NCBI GenBank assembly: GCA_963675755.2
Contig: CAXXMD010000003.1
Span: forward strand, 608,001 to 672,000
Source: a bacterium
Lineage (GTDB): Bacteria > Zhuqueibacterota > Zhuqueibacteria > Residuimicrobiales > Krinioviventaceae
Reading direction: 5' to 3'
DNA length: 64,000 nt
The notes below the pieces were generated by a model, which worked only from the letters and a program-made list of their open reading frames with translations, did no database searches and was not told the DNA's origin. The translations under genes were made by a program, and so were the position numbers. Below are positions 40,930 through 51,293 of this stretch, piece after piece (within the stretch, counting starts at the first letter, position 1; each line of letters opens with the position of its first letter).

Positions 40930-41192
40930 TTTTATGTTTTATCATTGGCTTTTAATCAACACACAAGGTAGACAATCTTAAATATGAGTCCAGCATAATC
41001 AAGATCTTTTTGTTATGCAGAATAAAAGCTACAAATCAAAGACGCTGTTAAATAGCTTTTTGAATTATTTAACCGCCCCTTTTTTATAATAAATATTTAA
41101 TGATTAATAGTGTATATCAATATTTTCGAGGAGTAAAATGGAAATCAATAAAGAATATAGAATGAAAAAAAGAATAAGGAAAGGATTGGTTT

Positions 41193-43898
41193 ATGAAAAG
41201 ATTCACCATTGGTTTTCTCCTTCTTTTATGTCTGTCTGGAAATTTATTATCTCAGACAACCGGTAAAATTGCCGGATCCATTAAAGATGTTGAAACAGGG
41301 GAGCCTCTTGTAGGTGTAAACGTTATGGTCGATGGCACCTATTTAGGTGGAGCTTCAAATATAGAGGGAAACTACTTTATTTTGAATGTTCCTCCGGGGA
41401 AATACACTATCAAATTCATGTGTATTGGTTATGCAACAAAACTCATAACTGACGTTCAAGTATCTGTAAACCGCACTTTAACTTTATCAACGACAATGAG
41501 CCAGGAAGCTTTGGATCTTGGTGAAGAAATTATCGTTTCCGCAGACCGCGTTGCTATCAAAAAAGACCAGACGAGTTCAATTCGAAATGTATCATCAGAA
41601 GATATTAATGTTCTTCCTGTTGAAAGCACCGGAAGCGTTGTTGCTATGCAACCGGGTGTTGTTCAGGGCCACTTTCGTGGTGGTCGTAGTAATGAGACTA
41701 GCTACTTGATCGATGGTATGTCTGTCAATAATGGGCTTAACAGAGGGCAAATGATAGAGATTGATCCTGATGCGGTACAGGAAGTAGAAGTCATTACCGG
41801 TACGTTCAGCGCCAAATATGGACAGGCTATGAGCGGTATTGTCAATGCAGTAACAAAAGAGGGCGGTAAAGACTTTCATGGTAAAATTGAAGGGTATTTA
41901 GGAAACTATTTTACTACCCATGATGATGTATATATCGGCCTTGAGCCATCTCAAATGGACCGTAACGAAGATTATAAGGTAATGTTACACGGCCCTGTTT
42001 TTGGCGACAAGCTGACATTTTTCACAAGTGCCAGAGTTCAGGATAATGATGGCTATTTAAATGGAGTCAGACGGTTCAATGTAACGGACCAACCGGATTA
42101 TAGTTTGTACCAAGACAGTACCTCATATGATCCTGAAACCGGCGCATACCTTTATAACGAAAATACAGGTGACAATGAATATGTTCCTATGAGCTGGTCC
42201 GAATCCATAAATTTCAACGGCAAGCTGACATACAAAATGCAAAACTTGAAAATGTCATTAATGTATTTACGTAATCAGAGTGAAGGACAATCTTACAGCC
42301 ATTCCAGAAAATATAAACCCGATGGTCGTAGTAGAAGTCACAACAAAAGTCAGATGCTGACCTACCAGTTGAACCATATTTTGAGTCCGGAATTATTTTA
42401 TGAAGTCAAAGTATCATATTCAAAAGATATGGGGGGCAGTTATCTATATGAAGACCCACAGGATAGTCGCTACATTCATGACTCTTTTTCAACAAATTCA
42501 TCATATACAGGATTTGTCACAGGTGGTCAAGATAAAGGCTATTCCAAAACAACAAGTAAAAAAATGCTCGGTCGTTTTGACATAACCTGGCAGGCCAACT
42601 ATAATCATAATATTGAAGCGGGTTTTCAGGGTGAACAATTTGATTATGATTATTTAGGCGGTTCGATTTTAAATTATTATAGAAACACTTCAGCGTCAGA
42701 TTTCCTTTATGCACCAGAGTTGCCGTCTGATTCAACCGTATATACAGACAGCTACCAAAAGAAACCCTATCAATTTGCTGGTTGGATTTCAGACAAAATG
42801 GAATATAACAACATGGTTATTGATTTGGGTGTAAGAGGTGAATACTTTGATCCAAATACAACTTACCCTTCCAACTATAGAAATCCCAGTAACCTGCTTC
42901 AAAAAGAAGGCACAGAAGATTGGGTTAGTACATATCCAAAAGCAAAAGCTAAAATTAATATAGCCCCACGTTTAGGTTTATCTTATAAATTGGGTGAAAC
43001 AGCATTGCTGCGTTTTAGCTATGGCCACTTTTATCAATATCCCCCACATAGCACCATGTATCTCAACAGCTCTTATGTAATCTCACCTGGAGATTATGAG
43101 ACCACATTGGGTAATCCCAATGTTGACCCGGAGATGACTGTTAGTTATGAAATAGGTTTATGGCAGATGCTTAATGATTATATGGATCTTGAAGTCGCTC
43201 TTTGGTACAGAGATATTTATAACCTGTCCACAGTCAATATTGTTACCACCTATAATTCTGTTCGATATGGACTCTATGGCAATAAAGACTATGGAAACGC
43301 AAGAGGCCTCGAGCTGAAATACAATGCACATGTTGCAAACTTTTTTGCCGAAGTCAATTATACCCTACAATACACACGTGGTAATGCTGATAATCCTATC
43401 TTTACCTTTAGTCGTGCAGGTAGCAGCCAGGATCCTATTCCAACATTAATACCAATGAGTTGGGACCAGCGTCATACTGTCAATATGTCTATTGGATATA
43501 ACTTGAGCAAATGGGGTGTATCAGTAATGGGTTGGGCAGGATCAGGTTCTGCATACACATGGAGTCCAATCAGTGAAAACCCATTAAACCGAATTAATTT
43601 ATATCCAAATGGAGCAAGTAAACCTGCTCACTATAAATTTGATTTAAAAGCACATTATGACATTGCTACCATTATGGGAGCCAAATTTATTGCAACCTTA
43701 CGGGTATATAATCTTTTTGATCACTTGAACGAAAACAATGTAAACTCGAATACAGGACGCACCAACCAGGCGATTATCAAACCCAGCGACCTGTTAGGTT
43801 TTTATAGTGATTTTAGTACTTATGAAGAAAGTATTTACAGCCCCGCAAACTGGTCTGCGCCTCGATTAGTCAAATTGGGCCTTGGTATTTCGTTTTAA
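41193..43898 (+). CDS. TonB-dependent receptor
   Basis: TTGKIAG..D.ETGEPLVGVNV N-domain, HFRGGRSNE plug, GTFSAKYGQAMSGIVN, GNPNVDPE.TVSYE, WDQRH, C-terminal Phe. Confidence 0.93.
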   Translation: MKRFTIGFLLLLCLSGNLLSQTTGKIAGSIKDVETGEPLVGVNVMVDGTYLGGASNIEGNYFILNVPPGKYTIKFMCIGYATKLITDVQVSVNRTLTLSTTMSQEALDLGEEIIVSADRVAIKKDQTSSIRNVSSEDINVLPVESTGSVVAMQPGVVQGHFRGGRSNETSYLIDGMSVNNGLNRGQMIEIDPDAVQEVEVITGTFSAKYGQAMSGIVNAVTKEGGKDFHGKIEGYLGNYFTTHDDVYIGLEPSQMDRNEDYKVMLHGPVFGDKLTFFTSARVQDNDGYLNGVRRFNVTDQPDYSLYQDSTSYDPETGAYLYNENTGDNEYVPMSWSESINFNGKLTYKMQNLKMSLMYLRNQSEGQSYSHSRKYKPDGRSRSHNKSQMLTYQLNHILSPELFYEVKVSYSKDMGGSYLYEDPQDSRYIHDSFSTNSSYTGFVTGGQDKGYSKTTSKKMLGRFDITWQANYNHNIEAGFQGEQFDYDYLGGSILNYYRNTSASDFLYAPELPSDSTVYTDSYQKKPYQFAGWISDKMEYNNMVIDLGVRGEYFDPNTTYPSNYRNPSNLLQKEGTEDWVSTYPKAKAKINIAPRLGLSYKLGETALLRFSYGHFYQYPPHSTMYLNSSYVISPGDYETTLGNPNVDPEMTVSYEIGLWQMLNDYMDLEVALWYRDIYNLSTVNIVTTYNSVRYGLYGNKDYGNARGLELKYNAHVANFFAEVNYTLQYTRGNADNPIFTFSRAGSSQDPIPTLIPMSWDQRHTVNMSIGYNLSKWGVSVMGWAGSGSAYTWSPISENPLNRINLYPNGASKPAHYKFDLKAHYDIATIMGAKFIATLRVYNLFDHLNENNVNSNTGRTNQAIIKPSDLLGFYSDFSTYEESIYSPANWSAPRLVKLGLGISF

Positions 43899-43959
43899 GA
43901 ACTTTTGAATTAAAGGTGTGAATCTAATGAGAGGAAGAATTTCGAAAGGATTTTTAACT

Positions 43960-46900
43960 ATGAGGATAAAACTTTTTATTCTTTGTTTTGGATTATTATT
44001 TCTTAGCATAACCGACCTCTATGCTCAGGGGAAAACTTATGACGGTCCTCAAGACAGCGCAGGTGATCCATATCTGGAGCGCGAAGGTGTAATGTCAGGT
44101 AACCGTGTTCAATTGAATTTTAAAAACAATACGGAATTGGGTGGTTATCCCGTTGCTACAACCGCGTGGTGGCCAAAAGGTGTTGGTGGAAACAAAATGC
44201 ATGACAATATGGGTCTGTTAATAAGCTCAGCTGTCTGCATTACCCAAGATTCAATTCCGGTCACTGATCCTGATGAAATCAAAGCACTGGAAGCTCAGGG
44301 TCTGATTGATACTCTATTTTATTGCCAAACCAATTATAGAGAAGAAATGGACCGTGACCCTACCGGTCAGGTAGAATGGGGTTTTCATCCGGTTCCTGGC
44401 TATATGAACAATGCCAGTGAAACTCCGGCATTAAGCAATGATCCGGACTCATGGCCAACACACGGCTGGCTTTATACAGGACGCCAAACGCATTGGATGG
44501 GCGAATGGGATGGCCGTTTTGGTCGTGGCCAAATTAAAGCAGATTTAGAAGCATATTTTGTTGCCAACGATGCTCAGGATCTCGAATACCTGGGAGATGA
44601 CGACAAAGTTAAATATTATCCACGCAAAGATGTTAAAATTGGTGATATTGATGGCAGTGTGACTGTGCAAAAAGGAGAGCCCTGGGGTGGTCTGGGAATC
44701 AGAGTAAAACAAAGAGGTTTTCAGTGGAATAATCCCATGGCCCAGGACTGTATCTTTTGGGAATATACTGTTGCAAATATTTCAGACTATGATCTACCCA
44801 ATATGGCATTTGGTTACTGGCTTGACAATAATATTGGTGGTGAAAACACGGGTGAAGATGGTAATTTCAATAAAGTTATGAACTTGTCATATTGTTGGGA
44901 CACTGATGGAGTTGGTTCAGGTGGATATAAAACCGGAACCGCGGGTTATGCTTATCTTGAAAGTCCTGGTATTTTTAATGACTTTATAGATAATGATCAA
45001 GATGGTTTGGTCGATGAAGAACGAGATAATGATGCCGGTATGTTTATCGGCAAGTATGACGGTATAACAAATTTAGATGATTTTCTGTCTTTTTATGGCA
45101 AAACAGAAGAAGACCTGGTAGAGCATTGGTCAGGTGACGAAGATCAGGATTGGTCAGATGGTGAAGATACCAATAATGACGGAATTTATCAGGCAGATGA
45201 ATATGCCGGTGACGATATAGGTCTCGACGGTGTTTCTCCCAGTGAATTAAATTATACCGGTCCCGATGCTGATGGTACTGAATGTAATCACAAACCGGAC
45301 ATTGGAGAAGGTTACGCGGAACCAAACTTTGGCTGGACGGATGTAACAGAAACAGACATGTTGGGTTTAACAACATTGTTATTTTACGAAGCGCCTATAC
45401 ATACAGCGCCTTATGTAAACTGGTTCAGAAATGATGAATCTGTATATAGAAACATGACCTGTGGAATTCTGGAAGCCGGTGCCACACACATTGACAACCT
45501 GTTCCAGCTCTTTTCTACTGCGATCTTTCCGCTTTATCGTGGTCAAACTGAATTTATCTCAATTTCAGAACTACATACTTATGATGACCTTGCAGGTTTG
45601 ACTTCTGCTGAACACTCTGCTCCGGCACTCTTTACATTAAAAAATGTAGTTCAGCTTATATATGAAAAAGACTATCGTTTTGCTCAACCACCAGAAATGC
45701 CCAAACTGACTGCTGTTGCCGGTGATGGTTTTGTTCAATTAATGTGGGATGACCGTTCAGACCGGTTGACAAAGGAATCCTTTCTCAATGGTGAAAATGA
45801 CTTTGAAGGCTATAAAGTGTATCGTTCCACAGATCCGGATATGCTTGATCCTATGGTAATAACAGATGGTTATGGATCTGCAGCTTTTTCAAAACCTATT
45901 TTTCAATGCGATCTTAAAAACGAGTATGAAGGTTTTGCCACTTGGGGATTTTTGAATGGAACAGCTTATTATCTGGGTGACAACTCTGGTATAGCGTATT
46001 CATTTAAAGACGAAACCGTTCAAAATGGACGTACCTATTATTATGCCCTGGTAGCTTACGACTATGGTATTGAACCTGACAAACTTAAAGGTACCTCCCT
46101 CATATCTCAGGATGAAAATGCCGGTATCTCACCTTCTGAAAACAATGCTATTATTAGAAAAGATGATTCTGAAAACATAGAATTCATCGGAGCAAATGTG
46201 GCAATTGTTACCCCCGGTTCTGATGCTGCGGGAGAGGAAGTGACGGTTGATTTTCAAGTTGATGATAATGGTTCTATTGGTGGTGGTAAAATTGTTCCCA
46301 AAGTTATTGATATCAATTCATTAAAAGATGACCACGTCTATAAAATAAAATTCTCTTATAATCAGATTGATTCTGCTTACAGATACCATGCAGGTTATGG
46401 ATATAAATACACTGCCAATGGCTTAAAAGTCTATGATGTAACCGAAGATAACAGACTAGTTCTTTCAGACCTTTTAGGAAGTGGCGGCCCTGCCAACATG
46501 ACTTCCATTATTGAAAAGGACGACTATTACCACCTGGCTTCTTCCGAGCTCATGTGGACGGATATTTTTGATGGAATACAACTGGGCGTAAAAATGGATG
46601 CTGCATTGTCAGAACTCGATGTGGCAAACACAGGATGGATGCCTGGTGAATCTCCCATGAACATCCGCTATATTGATAACCTGGCAATGGAATGCTATAG
46701 CTGGGATTATAACATTGTCTTTTCCGATCAACCCCTGCATAAAACACAAATTACTCAGAGATATGCGGCTTATCTGGACGATGAAAATGGAAACAGATTA
46801 AATAAAGATGAATTGCTGGTTGAAGAAGAGTTTAACTTTAGAATTGAATGCCTGGATTTTGCCGATACTACCGGAGCACCTCGTGTTTTAGATATGCTGG

Positions 46901-47502
46901 TCCAGGACATGAATGCTAACGGCCAGTTTGACATTTTAGAAGATCGTATTTTGGTTGGTCCCTATAATGCAAATAAATTATGGGATGGCGTTTTGTTTAT
47001 CATTGATTTCCAACGTTGCGATGACGAAAGTGACTTGCCCAAAGCAAACGACGTTTATGCCATTCGCCACTTGAAACCGTGGTACAAAACCGATTCATTA
47101 ACATTCACAGTTTCTGCCGAAAAATTGATCAATACGGAAAGTGCAAAATCATTAATGGATTCTATCCGCGTGGTTCCAAATCCTTATGTTGCTACAAACA
47201 TGATGGAACCCTCAGTGGTCAATAAATATCTGAACCAGCGTAGAAGATTATTGTTTACGAATCTACCTGCCCAATGTACAATCAAAATCTTTACTGTTAG
47301 TGGAATGCTTGTACGGGAATTAAATAGCCCGGGAGATTGCTTGACAACCTTTTCAGGCTTTGGTGACAATAATACCGGTACTCTTCACTGGGATATGCTA
47401 TCCTGGGAAGGATTGGAAATAGCTGCCGGTATGTATTTATATCATGTTAAAGATGATGAGACCGGTGAAGAAAAAGTCGGCAAATTTGGTGTCATTAAAT
47501 AA
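43960..47502 (+). CDS. Large secreted protein with DxDxDG Ca-binding loops, Fn3-like domain and variant CTD
   Basis: Signal peptide; DNDQDGLVDE, DTNNDG, DFEGYKVYRS, NGRTYYYALVAYD; C-terminal IRVVPNPY...CTIKIFTVSG...WD...AAGMYLYHV...KFGVIK. Confidence 0.75.
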   Translation: MRIKLFILCFGLLFLSITDLYAQGKTYDGPQDSAGDPYLEREGVMSGNRVQLNFKNNTELGGYPVATTAWWPKGVGGNKMHDNMGLLISSAVCITQDSIPVTDPDEIKALEAQGLIDTLFYCQTNYREEMDRDPTGQVEWGFHPVPGYMNNASETPALSNDPDSWPTHGWLYTGRQTHWMGEWDGRFGRGQIKADLEAYFVANDAQDLEYLGDDDKVKYYPRKDVKIGDIDGSVTVQKGEPWGGLGIRVKQRGFQWNNPMAQDCIFWEYTVANISDYDLPNMAFGYWLDNNIGGENTGEDGNFNKVMNLSYCWDTDGVGSGGYKTGTAGYAYLESPGIFNDFIDNDQDGLVDEERDNDAGMFIGKYDGITNLDDFLSFYGKTEEDLVEHWSGDEDQDWSDGEDTNNDGIYQADEYAGDDIGLDGVSPSELNYTGPDADGTECNHKPDIGEGYAEPNFGWTDVTETDMLGLTTLLFYEAPIHTAPYVNWFRNDESVYRNMTCGILEAGATHIDNLFQLFSTAIFPLYRGQTEFISISELHTYDDLAGLTSAEHSAPALFTLKNVVQLIYEKDYRFAQPPEMPKLTAVAGDGFVQLMWDDRSDRLTKESFLNGENDFEGYKVYRSTDPDMLDPMVITDGYGSAAFSKPIFQCDLKNEYEGFATWGFLNGTAYYLGDNSGIAYSFKDETVQNGRTYYYALVAYDYGIEPDKLKGTSLISQDENAGISPSENNAIIRKDDSENIEFIGANVAIVTPGSDAAGEEVTVDFQVDDNGSIGGGKIVPKVIDINSLKDDHVYKIKFSYNQIDSAYRYHAGYGYKYTANGLKVYDVTEDNRLVLSDLLGSGGPANMTSIIEKDDYYHLASSELMWTDIFDGIQLGVKMDAALSELDVANTGWMPGESPMNIRYIDNLAMECYSWDYNIVFSDQPLHKTQITQRYAAYLDDENGNRLNKDELLVEEEFNFRIECLDFADTTGAPRVLDMLVQDMNANGQFDILEDRILVGPYNANKLWDGVLFIIDFQRCDDESDLPKANDVYAIRHLKPWYKTDSLTFTVSAEKLINTESAKSLMDSIRVVPNPYVATNMMEPSVVNKYLNQRRRLLFTNLPAQCTIKIFTVSGMLVRELNSPGDCLTTFSGFGDNNTGTLHWDMLSWEGLEIAAGMYLYHVKDDETGEEKVGKFGVIK

Positions 47503-47539
47503 GTTCACGAAAATTTTTAAAGATTGAAAGGATAAAGTA

Positions 47540-48601
47540 ATGTTAAGAGGACACCTTAGAGTTTCAATTTTGACATTTTTTTTACTGATAAGCATTCAGG
47601 GACTAGCTCAGCAACCCTATAGGGTTGGAACAACATCCGCTAGTTTTTTGGAAATTGGAATAGGCGCTGCAGGTAATGCCATGGGAGATGCATATGTTGC
47701 ATCAACCGGAGATATGTCATCCATTTATTGGAATCCTGCAGGTCTTGCTTTTTTGAAATCTAACGAAGCACTGTTTATGTATCAACCCTGGGTGGTTGAC
47801 ATTAATTCAATGTTTTCCGGATTCGCTATGCCATTACAGGGGTTAGGCACCATTGCAGTAGGCATATTTAGCCTCAATTATGGCGATATCGATGTAACAA
47901 CACTTGAATACCAGAATGGTACTGGTGAAAAATATACAGCAATGGATTACAACTTTAGTTTATCATATGCCCAAAGTATTGCTCAATGGTTTTCCTTTGG
48001 TGCCACATTTAAATACATCAGCTCAAAAATCTGGCATACCAACAGTCATGCAATTGCGGCTGATTTGGGTGTACTTGTTCAAACCCCGTTCTTCTCACCT
48101 AACAGCAAGAATGAAGATGGTCTTCGAATTGGTATGAGCATATCAAATTATGGTTCAAAGATGGAATACGATGGTGATGATTTGCTGATTCCGGTAGACA
48201 TTGACGTAGATGCTAACGGTAATTATCAAAATCTTCAGGGGAAATATAAAATGTCTGAATGGGAATTACCACTCATTTTCCGGGTTGGTATTGCCGTTAC
48301 TCCTATCTCTTTGGGAAACCAAAAATTAGTCCTGGAGGCTGACGCCCTGCATCCAAACAACATGGGTGAATCCATTAATGCCGGTGCAGAATATAAATTT
48401 TTTGCCCCGGGATATGGAGATTTTTCTCTACGGGCAGGTTACAAAGCCTTGTTTTTAGAAAAATCTAATTATGGGCCCACTTTTGGAGCTGGTTTAAATT
48501 ATCATCTTTCTCCAAATCTGTCATTCAATATTGATTATGCCTATCGTACTCTGGGAGTATTGGGTAATATTCATTGCAGCAGCTTTGGTGTACAATTTTA
48601 A
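47540..48601 (+). CDS. PorV/PorQ-family outer-membrane beta-barrel (UPF0164)
   Basis: GTTSASFLEIGIGA...AMGDAY, SIYWNPAGLA, LPLIFRVG, LRAGY, IDYAY, C-terminal Phe. Confidence 0.88.
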   Translation: MLRGHLRVSILTFFLLISIQGLAQQPYRVGTTSASFLEIGIGAAGNAMGDAYVASTGDMSSIYWNPAGLAFLKSNEALFMYQPWVVDINSMFSGFAMPLQGLGTIAVGIFSLNYGDIDVTTLEYQNGTGEKYTAMDYNFSLSYAQSIAQWFSFGATFKYISSKIWHTNSHAIAADLGVLVQTPFFSPNSKNEDGLRIGMSISNYGSKMEYDGDDLLIPVDIDVDANGNYQNLQGKYKMSEWELPLIFRVGIAVTPISLGNQKLVLEADALHPNNMGESINAGAEYKFFAPGYGDFSLRAGYKALFLEKSNYGPTFGAGLNYHLSPNLSFNIDYAYRTLGVLGNIHCSSFGVQF

Positions 48602-48661
48602 TTACCATCCAATAATTGATAACTCTTTGAACAAGAGTTTATAATAGATATAGGAGGCACA

Positions 48662-49477
48662 ATGAAATATAGGATTTTAATTCTGTTTGTGGCGATAGTT
48701 AGCTTTGGAATTGTTGCGTGTGATTTTAATAGCCATACTGAGCCAGAATTGAATTACGACAAGGCAAAAATATTAGGAGATGAAATATATATAAATCAAT
48801 CGGACGAAAGACCGCAGGGAATTGATTCGCTGTATATTAATGAAGGCGATACATTGCTGCTTAAACTCACTACCCAGCTATTGGAAGATCCTGAATATCA
48901 GTGGATAATTGAAGATAACAGTGTTTTCGAAATTCTACCCATTGCAGATGATCCAACTTCGTTTTATGCAGTTGCCAAAACTGATAGCGGAGCAACAACC
49001 AGTTTTACACTAAAAGACAACATTAATGAAGCAAAAAAACAAATGCAAGTTATTGTGACTAAATTCTGGGCGGATCCCGATATATATATATTGCTGGGCC
49101 GTTTTGGCGGTCACTGTTATTACATCTCTCGTTCAAAAATCACCTGGCCTGAAGCTAATTACAACTGTGAACTTGCCGGCGGATATTTGCCTTGCATTGC
49201 AACCCAGGAAGAGCACTCTTTTCTTTTCAATGCAATGATGGATCTTGATATGGGTGAAACATGGATCGGTATTCGTTATGAACCCACTGGTGAAGGTGGT
49301 TTTACACTCCTGAATTGGATTAATGGAGATGAACTAACCTATGAATATTTTAAAAGCAAAGACGGTGTTGATGGTTTTAATGCAAGATACTTTTTCGCCA
49401 TGTTAACTACCGAAGGCGGTCTTTGGTACAACTATGCTGTTGCTGACCGGTGTAACTACTTTTTGGAACTTGAATAA
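48662..49477 (+). CDS. Lipoprotein with C-terminal C-type lectin-like domain
   Basis: IVAC lipobox; FGGHCYY..TWPEANYNC..GGYL..I...EE..FL...WIG...W.NG...W...YFLE. Confidence 0.78.
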   Translation: MKYRILILFVAIVSFGIVACDFNSHTEPELNYDKAKILGDEIYINQSDERPQGIDSLYINEGDTLLLKLTTQLLEDPEYQWIIEDNSVFEILPIADDPTSFYAVAKTDSGATTSFTLKDNINEAKKQMQVIVTKFWADPDIYILLGRFGGHCYYISRSKITWPEANYNCELAGGYLPCIATQEEHSFLFNAMMDLDMGETWIGIRYEPTGEGGFTLLNWINGDELTYEYFKSKDGVDGFNARYFFAMLTTEGGLWYNYAVADRCNYFLELE

Positions 49478-49507
49478 AAGCACCGCTTCTCAAACAAAAT
49501 AAACTCG

Positions 49508-49543
49508 TTAAATGTCCGATCTTTATTTAGATCGGACATTTAA
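49508..49543. terminator. Intra-operon stem-loop
   Basis: 15-bp perfect inverted repeat TTAAATGTCCGATCT-ttattt-AGATCGGACATTTAA. Confidence 0.65.
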
Positions 49544-49581
49544 TTCAATCATTACAATTATTAAAATGTTGGTTAATTACC

Positions 49582-51075
49582 ATGAAGTATAAAATTTTAA
49601 TATTGATATTATTTCTTTTTTCTTGCAGTACAAAAACACCCAAAGAGCCTCAGGAAAAAATCCTTGTAGACATTGACGGCAAGGCTACTATTAGTGTTAA
49701 CGAATTTTTACGCCGTGCCGAATATGTTCCAAGACCAGACTATTGTAAAGCAAATACATATATCCATAAAAAAATCATATTAAACTCACTCATTGCAGAA
49801 AAGTTACTTGCACTTGAAGCCGGGAATGATTCCCCCTTGTTGGAAAATATAGAGTTTCAAAACTATATCAAAGGTCATAAAGAACAGGCAATGCGTCAAT
49901 ATATGCATCATGTTGAAGCTACAGATAAAGTTGTTTTAGACAATGCTGAATTAACAAATGCATATAAATTTGCAGGTCGTGAATATGATGTTGCTTATTT
50001 CACAATCGTTGATAGTTCCGTTGCAGAAAAAGCACATGATGAACTGGTACAGAATCCTCAACAATTTGATGAATTCTATTTTCAAATGACGGGTCAAAAA
50101 AATGTACCAAATCGTAAAGTTCAATGGAACAGTGATGAGCACGTAAAGCTGCATCAAACTTTATTCTCACAAGACATTACCAAGGGACAAGTGCTGTCAC
50201 CAATCAAATTTGATGAAAATGGTTATCTTTTTATCAAAATACTTGGCTGGACAGATACTAAAGTCATTACAGAAAAACAGCAGCGAGAAAGACTTGATCA
50301 GATAACCGAAAAATTAACAGAGATTAAAGCTAGTGCCATTTGGGAAAATCGTGTTTCTGAAATTATGCGTGGTAAACGTATGGATTTTAACAAAGACGTT
50401 TTCAATAAAATGGCAGAAATTTTATATGCTTCTTATTTCCCAACATCAGAAGAAAAAAAGGATATTGCTATTAACCAATTATGGCAACAGGAAGATGAAC
50501 AGAACCCAAAATCATTACAAGATATGTCCAATGAGGTGTTTTTACAAGAACCTTTTTTCACTATTGATGGTAACGTGTGGACAGTTGATGATTTTCGGAA
50601 TGCCCTCATGTCTCACCCACTTGTGTTCCGAACCAATAAAGTTAATCCCAATGAATTCCCCCAACAGTTACGTCTCGCTATTGCAGACCTTGTTCGGGAT
50701 CATTTTATAACCCAACAAGCTTATAAAGCAGGTTACGATAAAGTCAATATTGTTGAAAGAAATGTCAACATGTGGAAGGATACTTTTTTTGCATTAAATG
50801 AAAAACACCAATTTTTAGATTCTGTACATGAAAACAGAGATTTTGCAAAAAATTATCATGAAATACTAGATGAAACTTTGAATCCATACATCAACAAGCT
50901 ACAGGAAAAATATTACAAAAAAGTCAAACTGGATTTCAAGACATTTGAAGACATCTCTCTTTCTTCTATAGATTTATTGGTTATGCACCAGGACCAACCA
51001 TATAAATATGTTGTACCATTATTTCCAATAATCACTAACGACCATTTGATAGAATATGTAGATAAAATTCATTAA
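49582..51075 (+). CDS. Lipoprotein, SurA/PpiC chaperone-like
   Basis: LFSC lipobox; ISVNEFLRRAEY...LNSLIAEKLLALEA SurA-N-like helix; GQVLSPI..GYLFIKI degenerate parvulin end. Confidence 0.6.
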   Translation: MKYKILILILFLFSCSTKTPKEPQEKILVDIDGKATISVNEFLRRAEYVPRPDYCKANTYIHKKIILNSLIAEKLLALEAGNDSPLLENIEFQNYIKGHKEQAMRQYMHHVEATDKVVLDNAELTNAYKFAGREYDVAYFTIVDSSVAEKAHDELVQNPQQFDEFYFQMTGQKNVPNRKVQWNSDEHVKLHQTLFSQDITKGQVLSPIKFDENGYLFIKILGWTDTKVITEKQQRERLDQITEKLTEIKASAIWENRVSEIMRGKRMDFNKDVFNKMAEILYASYFPTSEEKKDIAINQLWQQEDEQNPKSLQDMSNEVFLQEPFFTIDGNVWTVDDFRNALMSHPLVFRTNKVNPNEFPQQLRLAIADLVRDHFITQQAYKAGYDKVNIVERNVNMWKDTFFALNEKHQFLDSVHENRDFAKNYHEILDETLNPYINKLQEKYYKKVKLDFKTFEDISLSSIDLLVMHQDQPYKYVVPLFPIITNDHLIEYVDKIH

Positions 51076-51080
51076 GACAC

Positions 51081-51146
51081 AAAGGAGGTGATACAAAAAG
51101 CTACTCATTTTTACGTAATAATATTTAAAGGAGGTGATAAGAAAAA
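51081..51146 (+). promoter_or_regulatory. Two strong Shine-Dalgarno-like motifs (AAAGGAGGTGATA) with no start codon at canonical spacing
   Basis: Copies at 51081 and 51127, in the leader of 51294..54179. Confidence 0.5.
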
Positions 51147-51293
51147 CTGTTGATCAATTCGGAATATTCAAAACCAGACTTGATCAAGAAAAAGTATCTT
51201 TTGTTTTGAAATGTGATAAAATCGAATAATTCGAAAGAAACGCAGATCAATTCATAATTACTACTCATTTGCTACGTTAGGAGAAATGAAAAC

